Assembly: GCF_006345805.1 (NCBI RefSeq)
Contig: NC_043001.1
Coordinates: 60,884,001-60,948,000 of the forward strand
DNA from: Octopus sinensis
Taxonomy: Eukaryota
Reading direction: 5' to 3'
Length of the DNA stretch: 64,000 nt
Below are positions 12,960-26,681 of the stretch, in pieces (the first letter of the stretch is position 1; the number at the start of each line of letters is the position of its first letter). The notes under the pieces were generated by a model. That model did not search any database. It saw only the letters and a program-made list of their open reading frames with translations, and was not told where the DNA came from. The position numbers and the translations under genes are program-made.

Positions 12960-13280
12960 ACCTCACTAACAAGTCACACCAACCGAAGGGAAACAATGCA
13001 ACCCACTGGTCAGTGACCAAGCCGAAACAGTGACCCTGGAGGAAAAGTGGATGCTGGACAAAGGCCCAGGGTTGCCATCACCCAGAAACTGCCGGAACGC
13101 ACCATCATTATATATGTTTCTTATATGTGCAGAGAAGCTCAACGAAGAACAGCTATTAGATTTTCTTTGTGTGAAGGAGAATTCAACAAAACCCCCACCC
13201 GCAAGAGAACACTTCGAGAACAAGGTTGGTAGGCTATGTCACGACCTCCTGAAAACCTTGAAGTCTCTTAACAGATGATC
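12960..13280 (+). mobile_element. Probable Penelope-like element N-terminal fragment
   Basis: VSDQAETVTLEEKWMLDKGPGL resembles the NLS..LT.EE..LLxKGLxF segment that precedes Penelope RT. Confidence 0.4.
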
Positions 13281-13925
13281 ACTAATGGGTAAAACAAATA
13301 TTTCTTTATAAGATTTGTCAACGTTAGCCTATAAATCATGTCTAATAATATATAATATATTTTATGAAATATGTTAGATGCTAACACATAATGCATTCTA
13401 AATCATTATTATAAACTGCAGCCATTTGTGGACGTACAGAAATTAATACACGTATACATATATGCATATATGTGTGTATATGAGTGTATGATTGTATATG
13501 TATGTATTTATGTGTGTGTTACCCATCATAGGATAAGTAAGTTTGAACGTACACATTTACCGATATAGTTAATATCAGGAAGTAATTGCATGTATTAACA
13601 AATTATGATTTAACTTTGCAATTTTCTTGATTTTCATGCAAAATGAGCGAGTGAACACTAATTCGCAAAAGTAAAGAATTTATTGCCTTCAATGAAATAA
13701 AATAAAATTCAAGCTGGTATAAATCCTCACAAAACTAATAAACAATCCTCCTGGCACGTAGTCTAGTAAGTGAACGCATTTCGAACGTCTCATTATATCT
13801 TTCTTTTACGACCTTTTTATCTCCTGATTTTTATAAAATGTAAAGAATGACTGGAAAAAGCAACCGTTGAACTAACGAACCAACATTTATACTGGCTATT
13901 ATATATGTACGTATGTATGTATATA

Positions 13926-14009
<84 letters not shown>

Positions 14010-14012
<3 letters not shown>

Positions 14013-14133
14013 CGTGACTGTCTGGTGAGAAGCTTGATTCCCACCTACATTATTCCGAGTTCAGTGCCTCTACCTGACATCTTGAGCAAGTGTCTTCTAT
14101 TTTAGCCTTGGGCCGACTAACAGAAGCCCGTCG
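14010..14133 (+). mobile_element. SINE family A, 5' half, decayed
   Basis: Homologous to 4826-4980 (gagcaagtgtcttcta...gggccgac...agaagcccgtcg). Confidence 0.7.
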
Positions 14134-14214
14134 TTTGTATATGTGTATGCGTGTGCGTGTGTGTGTATGTATATATATATATATATAGAGATATAGATAG
14201 ATAGATAGATAGAT

Positions 14215-14299
<85 letters not shown>

Positions 14300-15339
14300 T
14301 AACATATAAAATTAGTGTACATTTCTATATACAAAAGAGATGAACCTAACAGGATACCTGACATGCTGAAAAGGGCAGCTAAAGCGAAAACCACGGATAA
14401 GAGTAATTTCGAAGGGGCTGAAAAATTAAAACATTTTATAGTTATCTGTGTACCTAGGTTTCTCTGTCAATGACAAAATAAAATAATTTGCCATCCGTGT
14501 CCGCATCAACATAGACGCTATAATTAATGTATATTTGTGGAACATTGAAGATGCACATGTTCCATCTATATACATTATGATTTTTCAAATCCACCGTGCA
14601 AGTGCAGTTATGATCGGCAGCAAATAAAATTTTAAGTACCAACGTTCTTCAAAACTACGAAAATTTTACTAGGAAAATTTTATATAGATACACATATGTA
14701 TATATCTATGTATATATATTGTTGAAGTTCAAAGAATTATTAAATGTTGTCTCGAAGTTTATTTAAATATGTTTATGACATCAAGAACATACAAATTTCG
14801 CCAGTCAGAATGAGGTTTTGAAATTGGATAAAAAAAATTCGAAGGATTGCTTTGGTTTAATGGATAGAATACCAATCGTGTTTACAGATGATATGGACAC
14901 GTAATAGCTTCCGACTTTTTCGAACAAATTTGATTTTAGCCCAGTATCAACACGCTATTATTTACAGGTGTATTTGCCTCGAGATCCAGCATTCTAGGTT
15001 ATTAATTCCTCACTTGCTATACTGCCCAATGCCAAAAGAACCCCACTAAACAAAGAAGGTAGAGAAGGCACATGAATATAAAACAAATGTCAAGTTTTCG
15101 GCCAAGCTATGAATATTGGCTACGACATCCAGAATAGCTGACGTATATGAATTTCAAGAACATATATCAAATTCCTCCATCTTATTCGTACTGTCCCACG
15201 ACGCTGTCTGAAACTAGTTGCAGTGGACCTGTTTGTAACAGAGACACAGATCGACGAAAAAATTTAAGAAGTTAGCAGGTTGTTTTTCTTTTTCTATGAT
15301 GAATATATGTCTTCCTTTCCTGGCTAGAGTGTGTTGTTC

Positions 15340-15660
15340 TTTGAAAGTCATATGTAAGGCGCCAGGACTGGGCTCTTTACCATACCTCCGGAAACAATCC
15401 GAAGTAGTTGTCGCAGAATTACAACGGCTTACCTAGCCCCACTTTCTAACATTTTAATTACCCCAATTTTAATCGCATCGCTTACTATGTGTGTGGCATG
15501 ATTGAGAAAGACACAAACTGCTCCCGTTGCAACACCAAGGCCGAGTTGGTGGCATAGATCAACGAAGCGTTTAAATATCTTCTCAAAACCACATTGATGC
15601 TCCAGATTCTAGAATTGTTTTGTAAACGTGTGGGAACGAGAGGTTGGCTACTTTGAGAAA
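15340..15660 (+). mobile_element. Tc1/mariner (maT-like) transposase C-terminal relic
   Basis: gcttactatgtgtgtggcatgattgagaaagacacaaac reads AYYVCGMIEKDTN followed by CNTKAELVA, matching the NPLDYYVWGxxExxTN...NTKxxL pattern. Same type as 39530-40228. Confidence 0.5.
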
Positions 15661-16729
15661 ACCGTTATCTCCCCATCCTAAACTGATTGATACTGTTTTC
15701 ATTTTTTAAAACATTTTTAGTTTTCAATGGGATATTGCTTTTATTTCTTTTTATGGTGTCAGATTTGAATATCGTGTGTATGTGTGTATGTATGTGTGTG
15801 CGCGCTCGTCTGTGTGTGTGTGTACATGAATACAAAAATAAAATACATGCGCACAAATAAATCCATTCATACTTACACAATATTCAGTTGATGCTTTCTA
15901 ACTTTCAATTGAAAAGCCCTGTTTCTGGTTTGGAAGCCGTCTCTATTTATACCTCACCAGCATTAGTCCTGCGTCAAGATGTAATTTTGCAACTGATGAG
16001 ATATAGCTCCATTGGAGCAACAGTTGAAGATTAATTCGTATTATTCCTTCAGAAGAATTACAACAAATTAGTAATAATTCTCCCTTCTGAGATGCAATTT
16101 GTTGTTATATAACCATTCAATCGAAATATATTTCATTCAACGTCGACTGATTTATCACCTAGACCATGCGTAAGAACTTTCTGTGAGAATGCAACAGATC
16201 TGCTATAGTTAGGTGCATTCAATTACAATGTAGACATATATGCGTTCAATACTTGGTGACTTTAACTTTTAGAGTTTTCATATTAATCATTCTCAAACTG
16301 AAAATAAAATTCTCAAAGTGCAAAAGAAAGAAATAAGACATCAAGTTAGGTAATCGTTCCAGCTGTATAGAATAAAGCTTCATATATCGGATTTTAAAAA
16401 TGTATACTGGACGGATTCTTTATAAACGGAAAATTAGTTGACAAAGAATAAATGTATACGTTCACTTCGATTTCTTACAAGATATAATATGCATATAAGA
16501 TTGTCATATAATGTTTAATTAATTACACAACTTATCTTGATTAAGAGAAAGCTATGGTTTCGATGCTAATTTGTTTCCAGCTCAACGTATGAAGCTACGA
16601 TGATATTGCAGATTACATAGAAGGCCGCATCTTACCCAACTACATAGAAGGCCTGCTGAGAATCAGTGACTAAACCCGTGCATGACACCGATAATATGTC
16701 TGTGTTTATGTATATAAGTTTGTCAATAC

Positions 16730-18830
<2,101 letters not shown>

Positions 18831-18879
18831 TCAACTGAATCTAAATTTTTACTGAACTTATATAAATGTAGTCTATAGT

Positions 18880-19190
18880 ATAAGATGTATACAGGGGCGA
18901 GGCAGTAACAAGACAACAACATACGTAGGGGAAACGGCAAGAAGCATAGGAGAGCGGGTAAATGACCATTGGAGAGGACTTAAGGAAGGTAAAAGCACAT
19001 CGATTCTGTACCAACACGCCAAATCACGGGGGATCAATCAACAACATAGAAATTAAAATATTGTCCACACATAGAACAGATGCAACAATCAGACAAATTA
19101 CAGAAGCTACACACATAATAGATGATAAACCTAGCCTGAATAGGAACCTGGAATGGAACACTAGCACACACCACAACGTATGACGGTAGA
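18880..19190 (+). mobile_element. Penelope-like GIY-YIG endonuclease fragment
   Basis: Reads TYVGETARSIGERVNDHWRGLKEG..., then after a frameshift IKILSTHRTDATIRQITEATHIIDDKPSLNRNLEW. Confidence 0.8.
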
Positions 19191-19312
19191 GGATCCCCAT
19201 AAACTTGTTACAATATAAACAAAACCGAAAACATAATAAATAAAATACATAGATAAATAAACAAATAGAAATAAATAACTATATAAGTTTTTTTGTTTAA
19301 TTTAAAAGATTT

Positions 19313-19359
<47 letters not shown>

Positions 19360-19642
19360 TAGTATTGTTGTTATACATACATACAAGCATACGTAATGAT
19401 AATAATAATATGTGGATGAACAAAATAAGAATAAACAAAACAACAACAACAAAAACAAATTACATGAACGTATATAAACAGAAGATACATATATTACAGG
19501 CATCCTCCCCCCCCCACACACACACTAAATAAACATAGACGCACGTAGAGATATAAGCATGCGCAAATGAAGACATACAATAGAAATACAAAATGGCTGA
19601 CGGTTAGTAAGGAGAGACACAAATAAGAAAGAAGAAAACAAA

Positions 19643-19687
19643 GGATCACTGATGCAGTCACAGGAGTGTGACGAAAGAACTCTGGCC
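19643..19687 (+). ncRNA. Minimal type I hammerhead-like motif in Penelope 3' region
   Basis: ggatca-CTGATGCA-GTCACA(ggag)TGTGAC-GAA-AGAACT-C-tggcc: perfect 6-bp stem II and CUC cleavage triplet, but core position 9 is non-canonical. Confidence 0.55.
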
Positions 19688-19817
19688 GAAATAAGATTAA
19701 GATTAACGTAAAAAATAAATAAAACTGAAGCAAAATAACACCAAATATATAATGCGTGTGTTTTTTTGGCTAATCTGGCAAAATGACCATTCCGAAATAT
19801 AACAATGTATATATATA

Positions 19818-20147
19818 TCTTTTACTCTTTTACTTGTTTCAGTCATTTGACTGCGGCCATGCTGGAGTACCGCCTTTAGTCGAGCAAATCGACCCTGGGA
19901 CTTATTCTTTGTAAGCCCACTACTTATTCTATCGGTCTCTTTTGCCGAACCGCTAAGTGACGGGGACGTAAACACACCAGCATCGGTTGTCAAGCAATGC
20001 TAGAGGCACAAACACAGACACACAAACATATACATACACATACATATATATATACATATATACGACAGGCTTCTTTCAGTTTCCGTCAACCAAATCCACT
20101 CACAAGGCTTTGGTCGGCCCGGGGCTATAGCAGAAGATACTTGCCCA
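19818..20147 (-). mobile_element. SINE family A
   Basis: Reverse-complement homologue of 4870-5200. Confidence 0.85.
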
Positions 20148-20262
20148 TACATATATATACATATGCACATATTTATTATTGCGTATATATATACACATAC
20201 GTACTTGTGCGAGAGAGTAGAGAGAAAGGGACAGGTAAATGAAATAAAATAGATAGATTTAC

Positions 20263-20325
<63 letters not shown>

Positions 20326-20710
20326 TTATCTTTTATTAAACTTTTAATACTTTTGATATTTATATATATTATAAAATAAATAAAAAATAAATTAATTAAT
20401 TAATTAATTAATTAATTAATAAACAAAATAATATATAATATAAAAATATACATACATATATATATCTATATATTTGTATATATATATTTAAAATTTATAA
20501 GTTTAACTTATTTTAATAACTTTTTAATTTTTAACTTTTATATTTTTAAATTAATTTTATGTATTGGCTTATGTTTTTTACTGTTTGATTTGCCTAATAG
20601 TGGTCTTATCTCTAACTTAATATAATATGTTTATACTATAAAATTCGATTTAATTCTAAATCTAATTTTCCCTGTAAGCTTGGATTTACTCCCTAATATT
20701 ATTATTATTA

Positions 20711-20756
<46 letters not shown>

Positions 20757-20760
<4 letters not shown>

Positions 20761-21177
20761 TCTTTATTGCCCACAAGGAGCTAATATAGAGGGGACAAAC
20801 AAGGACAGACAAAGGGGTTAAGTCGATTACATTGACCCCAGTGCGTAACTGCTACCTAATTTATCGACCCCGAAAGGATGAAAGGCAAAGTCGACCTCGG
20901 TGAAATTTGAACTCAGAACGTAATGGCAGGTGAATTAGTTATTTCTTTATTGCCCACAAGGGGTTAAACATATAGGGGACAAACAACGAAGGACAAAGGG
21001 ATTAAGTCGATTACATCAATCCTAGTGCGTAACTGGTTCTTAATTTATCGACCTCGAAAGGATGAAAGGCAAAGTTGACCTCGGTGGAATTTGAGCTCAG
21101 AACATAACGGGAGACGAAATACTGCTATACTGCTAAGCATTTCGCCCGGCGTGTTAACTTTTCTGCCAGCACGCCTT
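20757..21177 (-). mobile_element. Two tandem SINE family B copies (20757-20930 lacking the head; 20938-21177 complete)
   Basis: Both contain tttctttattgcccacaagg...taagtcgattacat...atttatcgacc.cgaaaggatgaaaggcaaagt.gacctcggtg.aatttga.ctcagaac. Confidence 0.85.
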
Positions 21178-21193
21178 ATATATATACATACAT

Positions 21194-21263
<70 letters not shown>

Positions 21264-21269
21264 TACAGA

Positions 21270-21462
21270 GATGTACTTGCATTGCAAGTGATTTGATCCG
21301 AGATTGTGTGCAGGAACGAAAACACGGATTTTTGTCAGTGAACAGGTCGCTGTCTTATAGCGACGAAAATATTTTGACAAATTAAACTTAAATGTTGAAG
21401 TGAATCGAACGGCTTTTGTGTGTTTCTTAAATGGCATACAAACACCTTCCACGCTGCAATTG

Positions 21463-21465
<3 letters not shown>
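21270..21465 (+). mobile_element. Short (about 195 bp) dispersed element carrying a hammerhead motif, embedded in (TA)n
   Basis: Homologous to 24080-24250 (tcagtgaacaggtc, aaatattttgaca, aatgttgaagtgaa, ttccacg.tgc). No ORF. Flanked by (TA)n on both sides. Confidence 0.7.
21331..21381 (+). ncRNA. Minimal type I hammerhead ribozyme variant (G3-C8 core)
   Basis: Stem I TTTGTCA/TGACAAA (7 bp), core GTGAACA plus one G, stem II GTCGCTGT/ATAGCGAC, GAA, palindromic AATATT, U17. Confidence 0.65.
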
Positions 21466-21521
<56 letters not shown>

Positions 21522-22065
21522 CATACGTATGAAGAAAAGAGCTCTTAATTCTATATTCTATTAAAATTAATTCATGATCATAATTACCAATCATTGTCAC
21601 TGACACCTCCTAACTAAGTATCTTAATATTTCTGTGAAAAATTGCATTCACTTCCTGCAAAAGAATGCTAGTTTCCAATATTCAGATGTCTGAAAATTAT
21701 CCCATGATGATCAATCTGTAAAATTCAAAATAATTCGTAAGCAGATGGTGCAAGAGGTGGCGAGTAATAATGGTATGCATTTTTCCCCAACTAAGGTTTA
21801 TATTACTTTAAAATAATCTTGTTTGGAACTGCGCATTATCATCATGCAGAACGATGTGTAAGTCTAAACACTACTCTTTTCCTACTCAGAGTATTGGTGG
21901 AAGGAAATTTAAGTTATAATATCTGAATTTCATTAATTAAGCAATACAAATTATTTGCCCCTATTATGGCAATGTAATCGTTTAATAATTATACAAATCA
22001 TAATGAACCTGATATTACATAAAAGATTCCAATCAAATTATTTTCCTCATCTATGCATGGCTATG

Positions 22066-22113
<48 letters not shown>

Positions 22114-22116
22114 ATA

Positions 22117-22176
<60 letters not shown>

Positions 22177-22177
22177 G

Positions 22178-22338
22178 TACGATAGGCTTTTTCAGTTCCG
22201 TCTACCAAACTCACTCACAAGTCTTTGGTCGGCCCGAAGCTGAAGTGGAAGACAGTTGCCAAAGGTGCTACGCACTGGGACTGAAACAGGAACCCTGTGG
22301 TTGCGAAGCAAGCTTCTTACCTCAAACCCACTCCCGCG

Positions 22339-22340
<2 letters not shown>
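22178..22340 (-). mobile_element. SINE family A, 5' half
   Basis: Contains ttcagttccgtctaccaaactcactcacaagtctttggtcggcccg and the tRNA-like head in reverse. Confidence 0.8.
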
Positions 22341-22373
<33 letters not shown>

Positions 22374-24079
22374 GTATATATTCATATATATATATATATG
22401 CATACATATATGCAACATACATGCATATATACATAACCACAAGGTGTGCCCCTAAAGTGTATACACATAAGTATATGATTATAAACTCACCGTTTATTAA
22501 CGTACATTTTCAAAATTTACTAAAATCTAGATACAGGACTTAACTTTTTCTATAAAAGCCTGTGTGTGTAAAGTGATGACTGTTCTAGTGCAGGTACTTC
22601 TGATAACGCATAGAAATGGAATTGCGAACATCAAAACATATTCCGGATTTTTGACGATTTCCTTTCACTGACTACCCTCACTTCACTATTTTCCGATTTT
22701 GTACAGTAAATCTTATCTTTATATATCACCACAAAAACTTTTAATGGTGTGAAGGCCGATGAATGTGGTGTGTATACTATTGGACACCTTCGTCCCTTAC
22801 ATCTGATTGGCAAAATCTCACCAACGTTGGTCCTTTTATTTTTTGGTACTGTGGGTGTTTCCCATCTTGCTGCATATCAAACTTCACATTTTCTAAATTC
22901 TTTTCAATGTTTAATATTATATTTTGTCACAGTTCCTACCAAAAGGAAAGTTGCGATTCATCATTTCAGATATAAGAATCGCCATACAGTAAATCAGGGT
23001 AACATAACATAATTTCCAACCGCAGTATGTATTCTCAGCCTACCACTAAATGCAACACAGCCGATGGATTGAGTCACATTCTTCATATGTAACTTCGTCA
23101 CTATGAAGAATATTGAAAATTCTTGATTTTGAAATGTCTATCCTACCTGCATGCCGCACAAATTTATTGAATTCTGACAATACATTTCTTGTAAAATTTC
23201 TTATTTTTTAGGTATGACAATATCTTTGGTCTTTCGAAACATTCTTTGTTGATAACCTGAACAGTACTTTGTACTTCAAACTTATTTCTAATTCGGGAGG
23301 TTATAAATAGCATCTTTGTATTCGGACAGCGTTTTAAATTTTGAGTAACAATTTAGTATATATTTCCTTTGTCAAAGTCTAGCCTGGCACCCTTCCTTAA
23401 CAGGTTAAGTCTAAAACTCTCTCAGGCACATCTATACTATAATGGAGAAAGCTGCTTGTTACTTATGTATGTAACAATTACTAAAAGTATTAAAATAAGC
23501 AATTATTAAAGGTTGACCGTCTGGCAATATTTTTTATAAAATCACGTTCTAAGGAATGTCCCATAATTTAAATTTCTCAAGTTTATTGAATTTTTTAAAC
23601 TCCAATTTCTCGCAAATTTAAATATTCATTGCGTCCAATTCATCTCAAATTTAAATATTCATTGCATTTACTGCGGAGTATTCTATTTTCATTTGCAAAG
23701 TCTCTCATTTTCACTTTTAAATTTTAATTCGCTATGAATGTTTACGTAATATACAAACATTATTTATTGAATTAATTTTTTTTTAAGTAACCGTGTAGAT
23801 TTTGAACGCGGGATAGCTGTGAGAACAGCCTAAGATGAGGAGAAAAAAAGCAAAAATTATCAACATCTGCTCGAAACTTGCACCTTATTCACAATTTCCA
23901 AACACAACTTCAGTAGTGACACGCACACACACACTCACACAATCACACACACACACACACACACACCAATTCACAGTCTCTCTCACACACACAAGGATAC
24001 ACATACACACAAATGAAAGGCAATGAATGTTTGTGTGAGTGTGTGCACGTGCATGCGTCTGTGTGTGTGCGTGTGTGCT

Positions 24080-24250
24080 GTACACTGAAAACTTCGAGGT
24101 GAATCACTTCTGTGAAGTTTTATCAGTGAACAGGTCACGGTTTGAAAGCGAAGCAAATATTTTGACACAAATGAAGTTCTAATGTTGAAGTGAAACTAAT
24201 GATTTTTGTATGTCCTTGAATGGTTTATATACATCTTCCACGTTGCCACT
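24080..24250 (+). mobile_element. Second, decayed copy of the hammerhead-bearing short element
   Basis: Keeps GTGAACAG and AATATTT-TGACA. Stem II and GAA are mutated (GCA). Confidence 0.65.
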
Positions 24251-24329
24251 TTTTTCTCTCAGCACACGATCTATATAAGTACATCTCTGTAATCCTTTAA
24301 AGTCACTGTGGATAAATGCCAGCAATGAC

Positions 24330-25068
24330 CGTCTCGGGCTCGTAAATATTTTAATTCCTAAATAGAAACAATCTGGGGCAGGAGTGAGGTTGCAAAAATT
24401 CATAATTTCTCAAATTTTCTTTTTTATAGCATATAACTGAATTCATGGGGAAAAATATTGAAAATCATCAATAAATGAGAGAGTGATAAAGAAATGAGGA
24501 GTGTTGCCTTTGGATGTGCTAGAAGCAACAGCCAAATCGCTCTTTTTCCTCTAAAAATATTAACAGTTATAAATTTTTTTACCGAAAACTCTCTTCCCAT
24601 GTTTTTGAAGTGCAAAAAAAATAGCCAAAATAGTGGGATGATGAGGGAGGGAGGGGTGTAAAAAGAAAGAGTTTTGAAAACGTTTTCGTACAAAAGTGCA
24701 ACCCCCACACGAACCCCATCATTTCGATGGCTGTGGTTTTAAAAAATGTGGAAAATCCCCGAAAAAATTTGCCTCACAAATTTCTTTATAATAGTAATAA
24801 AAGGGATTTATATAAATTTTGATTAAAAGATGGCCATCTTCCTGAAATTTATGAGGGAAAACATTCAGATCGTGTGAATTTTCTGAAACTCCTCTCTTCA
24901 TGTTCTCGCAAAAACATCTAAGCAGAATTTGTAGAAAATTTTGTTAAAAAGTATTCGTGTTTCTGTATGTTATGAGACAACAAAATCGGGGGCGTATACA
25001 TCTGTAGTAATGCCCTTTTATTTATACAATTTTTTCCCTTCATTATTATGTCATTCATTGTTTGCAAT

Positions 25069-25151
<83 letters not shown>

Positions 25152-25402
25152 GCAAAGCTCACAGATGGGCTGCTGATTTGAAATCTTTGAGGGGAAGATA
25201 AAACTTGACAAACTGCTACACCCTCTGTTGTTGGATTAGCGTGATGTTTAAAAATGAGAGATGATGAGTGTGAAAATAATGGAAGCAATTAAACAAAAAT
25301 AAATACCCGAGAAATATAAAAATCATTAGAAATGGGAATCAAATGTGAAAATATTATCAAGGGGCCAGCAAAAAATCACCCGGAGGGGGGACATTATGCT
25401 AG
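24330..25402 (+). mobile_element. Possible non-autonomous Helitron
   Basis: Ends cacccggagggggg...CTAG followed by t (25399-25402), with an internal (CT)n array. The 5' boundary is not defined. Confidence 0.3.
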
Positions 25403-25453
25403 TATATATAAATATCTTCGCTATATTTTCAAAGAAAAATGAGTTTATTATGG

Positions 25454-25475
25454 ACTTCCGTTCACGCATGCGTGA
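25454..25475. promoter_or_regulatory. ETS-type site next to a 14-bp palindrome with an NRF1-like core
   Basis: ACTTCCG at 25454-25460 and TCACGCATGCGTGA at 25462-25475, in largely repeat-free sequence. Confidence 0.3.
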
Positions 25476-26681
25476 TTATATACAATAACCTCTTTTATAC
25501 AAACTATTGATCTCATTAATAAAAATATATTGTTTTCTATTTCATTTGCTAATGTGTTAAAACGTTTTCATCAGAAGGGTTCACTGTTATTATTACAGCT
25601 TATGTTTCATTCTCTTATTTTCGGTTAATTTTCTTTATTTATACCTATTTGGGTTTTTTTTCAATATTAAATGAACGGTCTGTTAATTACTGCTCGGCAA
25701 TACTTCATTTTAAACTGTCTGCTTAGAATTTTACGTTTTCAACTATTGCATGCTCTCCCGACGTTCTATTAAGAACTGGTATGCCATTGTTTTAATAACG
25801 GTAAATTACTTTCAACATTTTTCTTTGAAATATGATTAGCATTAAGATTACTTTTCTATTAAATATCCAATATCGGTTGCTTCGCTTCACTTATATTTTG
25901 TATGAAACAATAGTCGATTACGAAACTGCATATTATCTATAAACACAAAATGTAATTGTATCATTCGGTTTGCATTAAAAAGTGTGGCAATAATGACAAT
26001 GAAATGGGGCTAAATTTTCACTAGATATAAATGTTGGATAACGTTATTAACGATGATATTGCGTTAGTAACGGATACGAACTGTATTAAAGATGCATTGA
26101 AGTGCGTATGTATATATATATTCAAATATGAAATAAAAATAGCCCGTGGGATATAGAAAGTATCCAACATACATACACAATGCCTGTGTTTTTCCAGTCC
26201 GACGGCAGGCTGTAATTTATAGGCGTAAATTAATCAATTCGCCTGGTATTAAGGCACCTGGAAGTCATAGACAGGCGAATTGATTCACAACAGAACCCGT
26301 TACAAGTGCGGTAGACATCAATACTTCATCATTTTTGTGATTTGTCAATACGACGTACCCGAAAAGTGACCAGATGCAAACTAAATGGCGGTCTATTACA
26401 ATATGCAAAATGTTGTGAGACCCATGTACTGGTATGTTTCATACACGGAAAACATGCCAATATGAATGAGAAGCAGCCCACGAGCTATAAGATATGTTTA
26501 TACCCCGCATGATTCCGAGTTAAGTCACGCTGCATGGCATCTTGGCAAGTGTCATCTACTATAGCCCCATGCCAAACAAAGACATGTACTAGCTCGATTC
26601 ATTCGATTCAAATTTCAAGGTGATGCCCCAGTATGACCGCAGTCTAATTACTGAAACAAGTCAAACATATAAGATACGCTA

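Noticed and set aside
14358-14392. CTGAAAAG...GCGAAAACC resembling the 61.7-kb motif
   Set aside because: Stems do not pair; single weak occurrence.
22805-22930. Minus-strand open stretch ENVKFDMQQDGKHPQYQKIKGPTLVRFCQSD ending at a GTAAGG donor
   Set aside because: No polypyrimidine acceptor and no recognisable homology.
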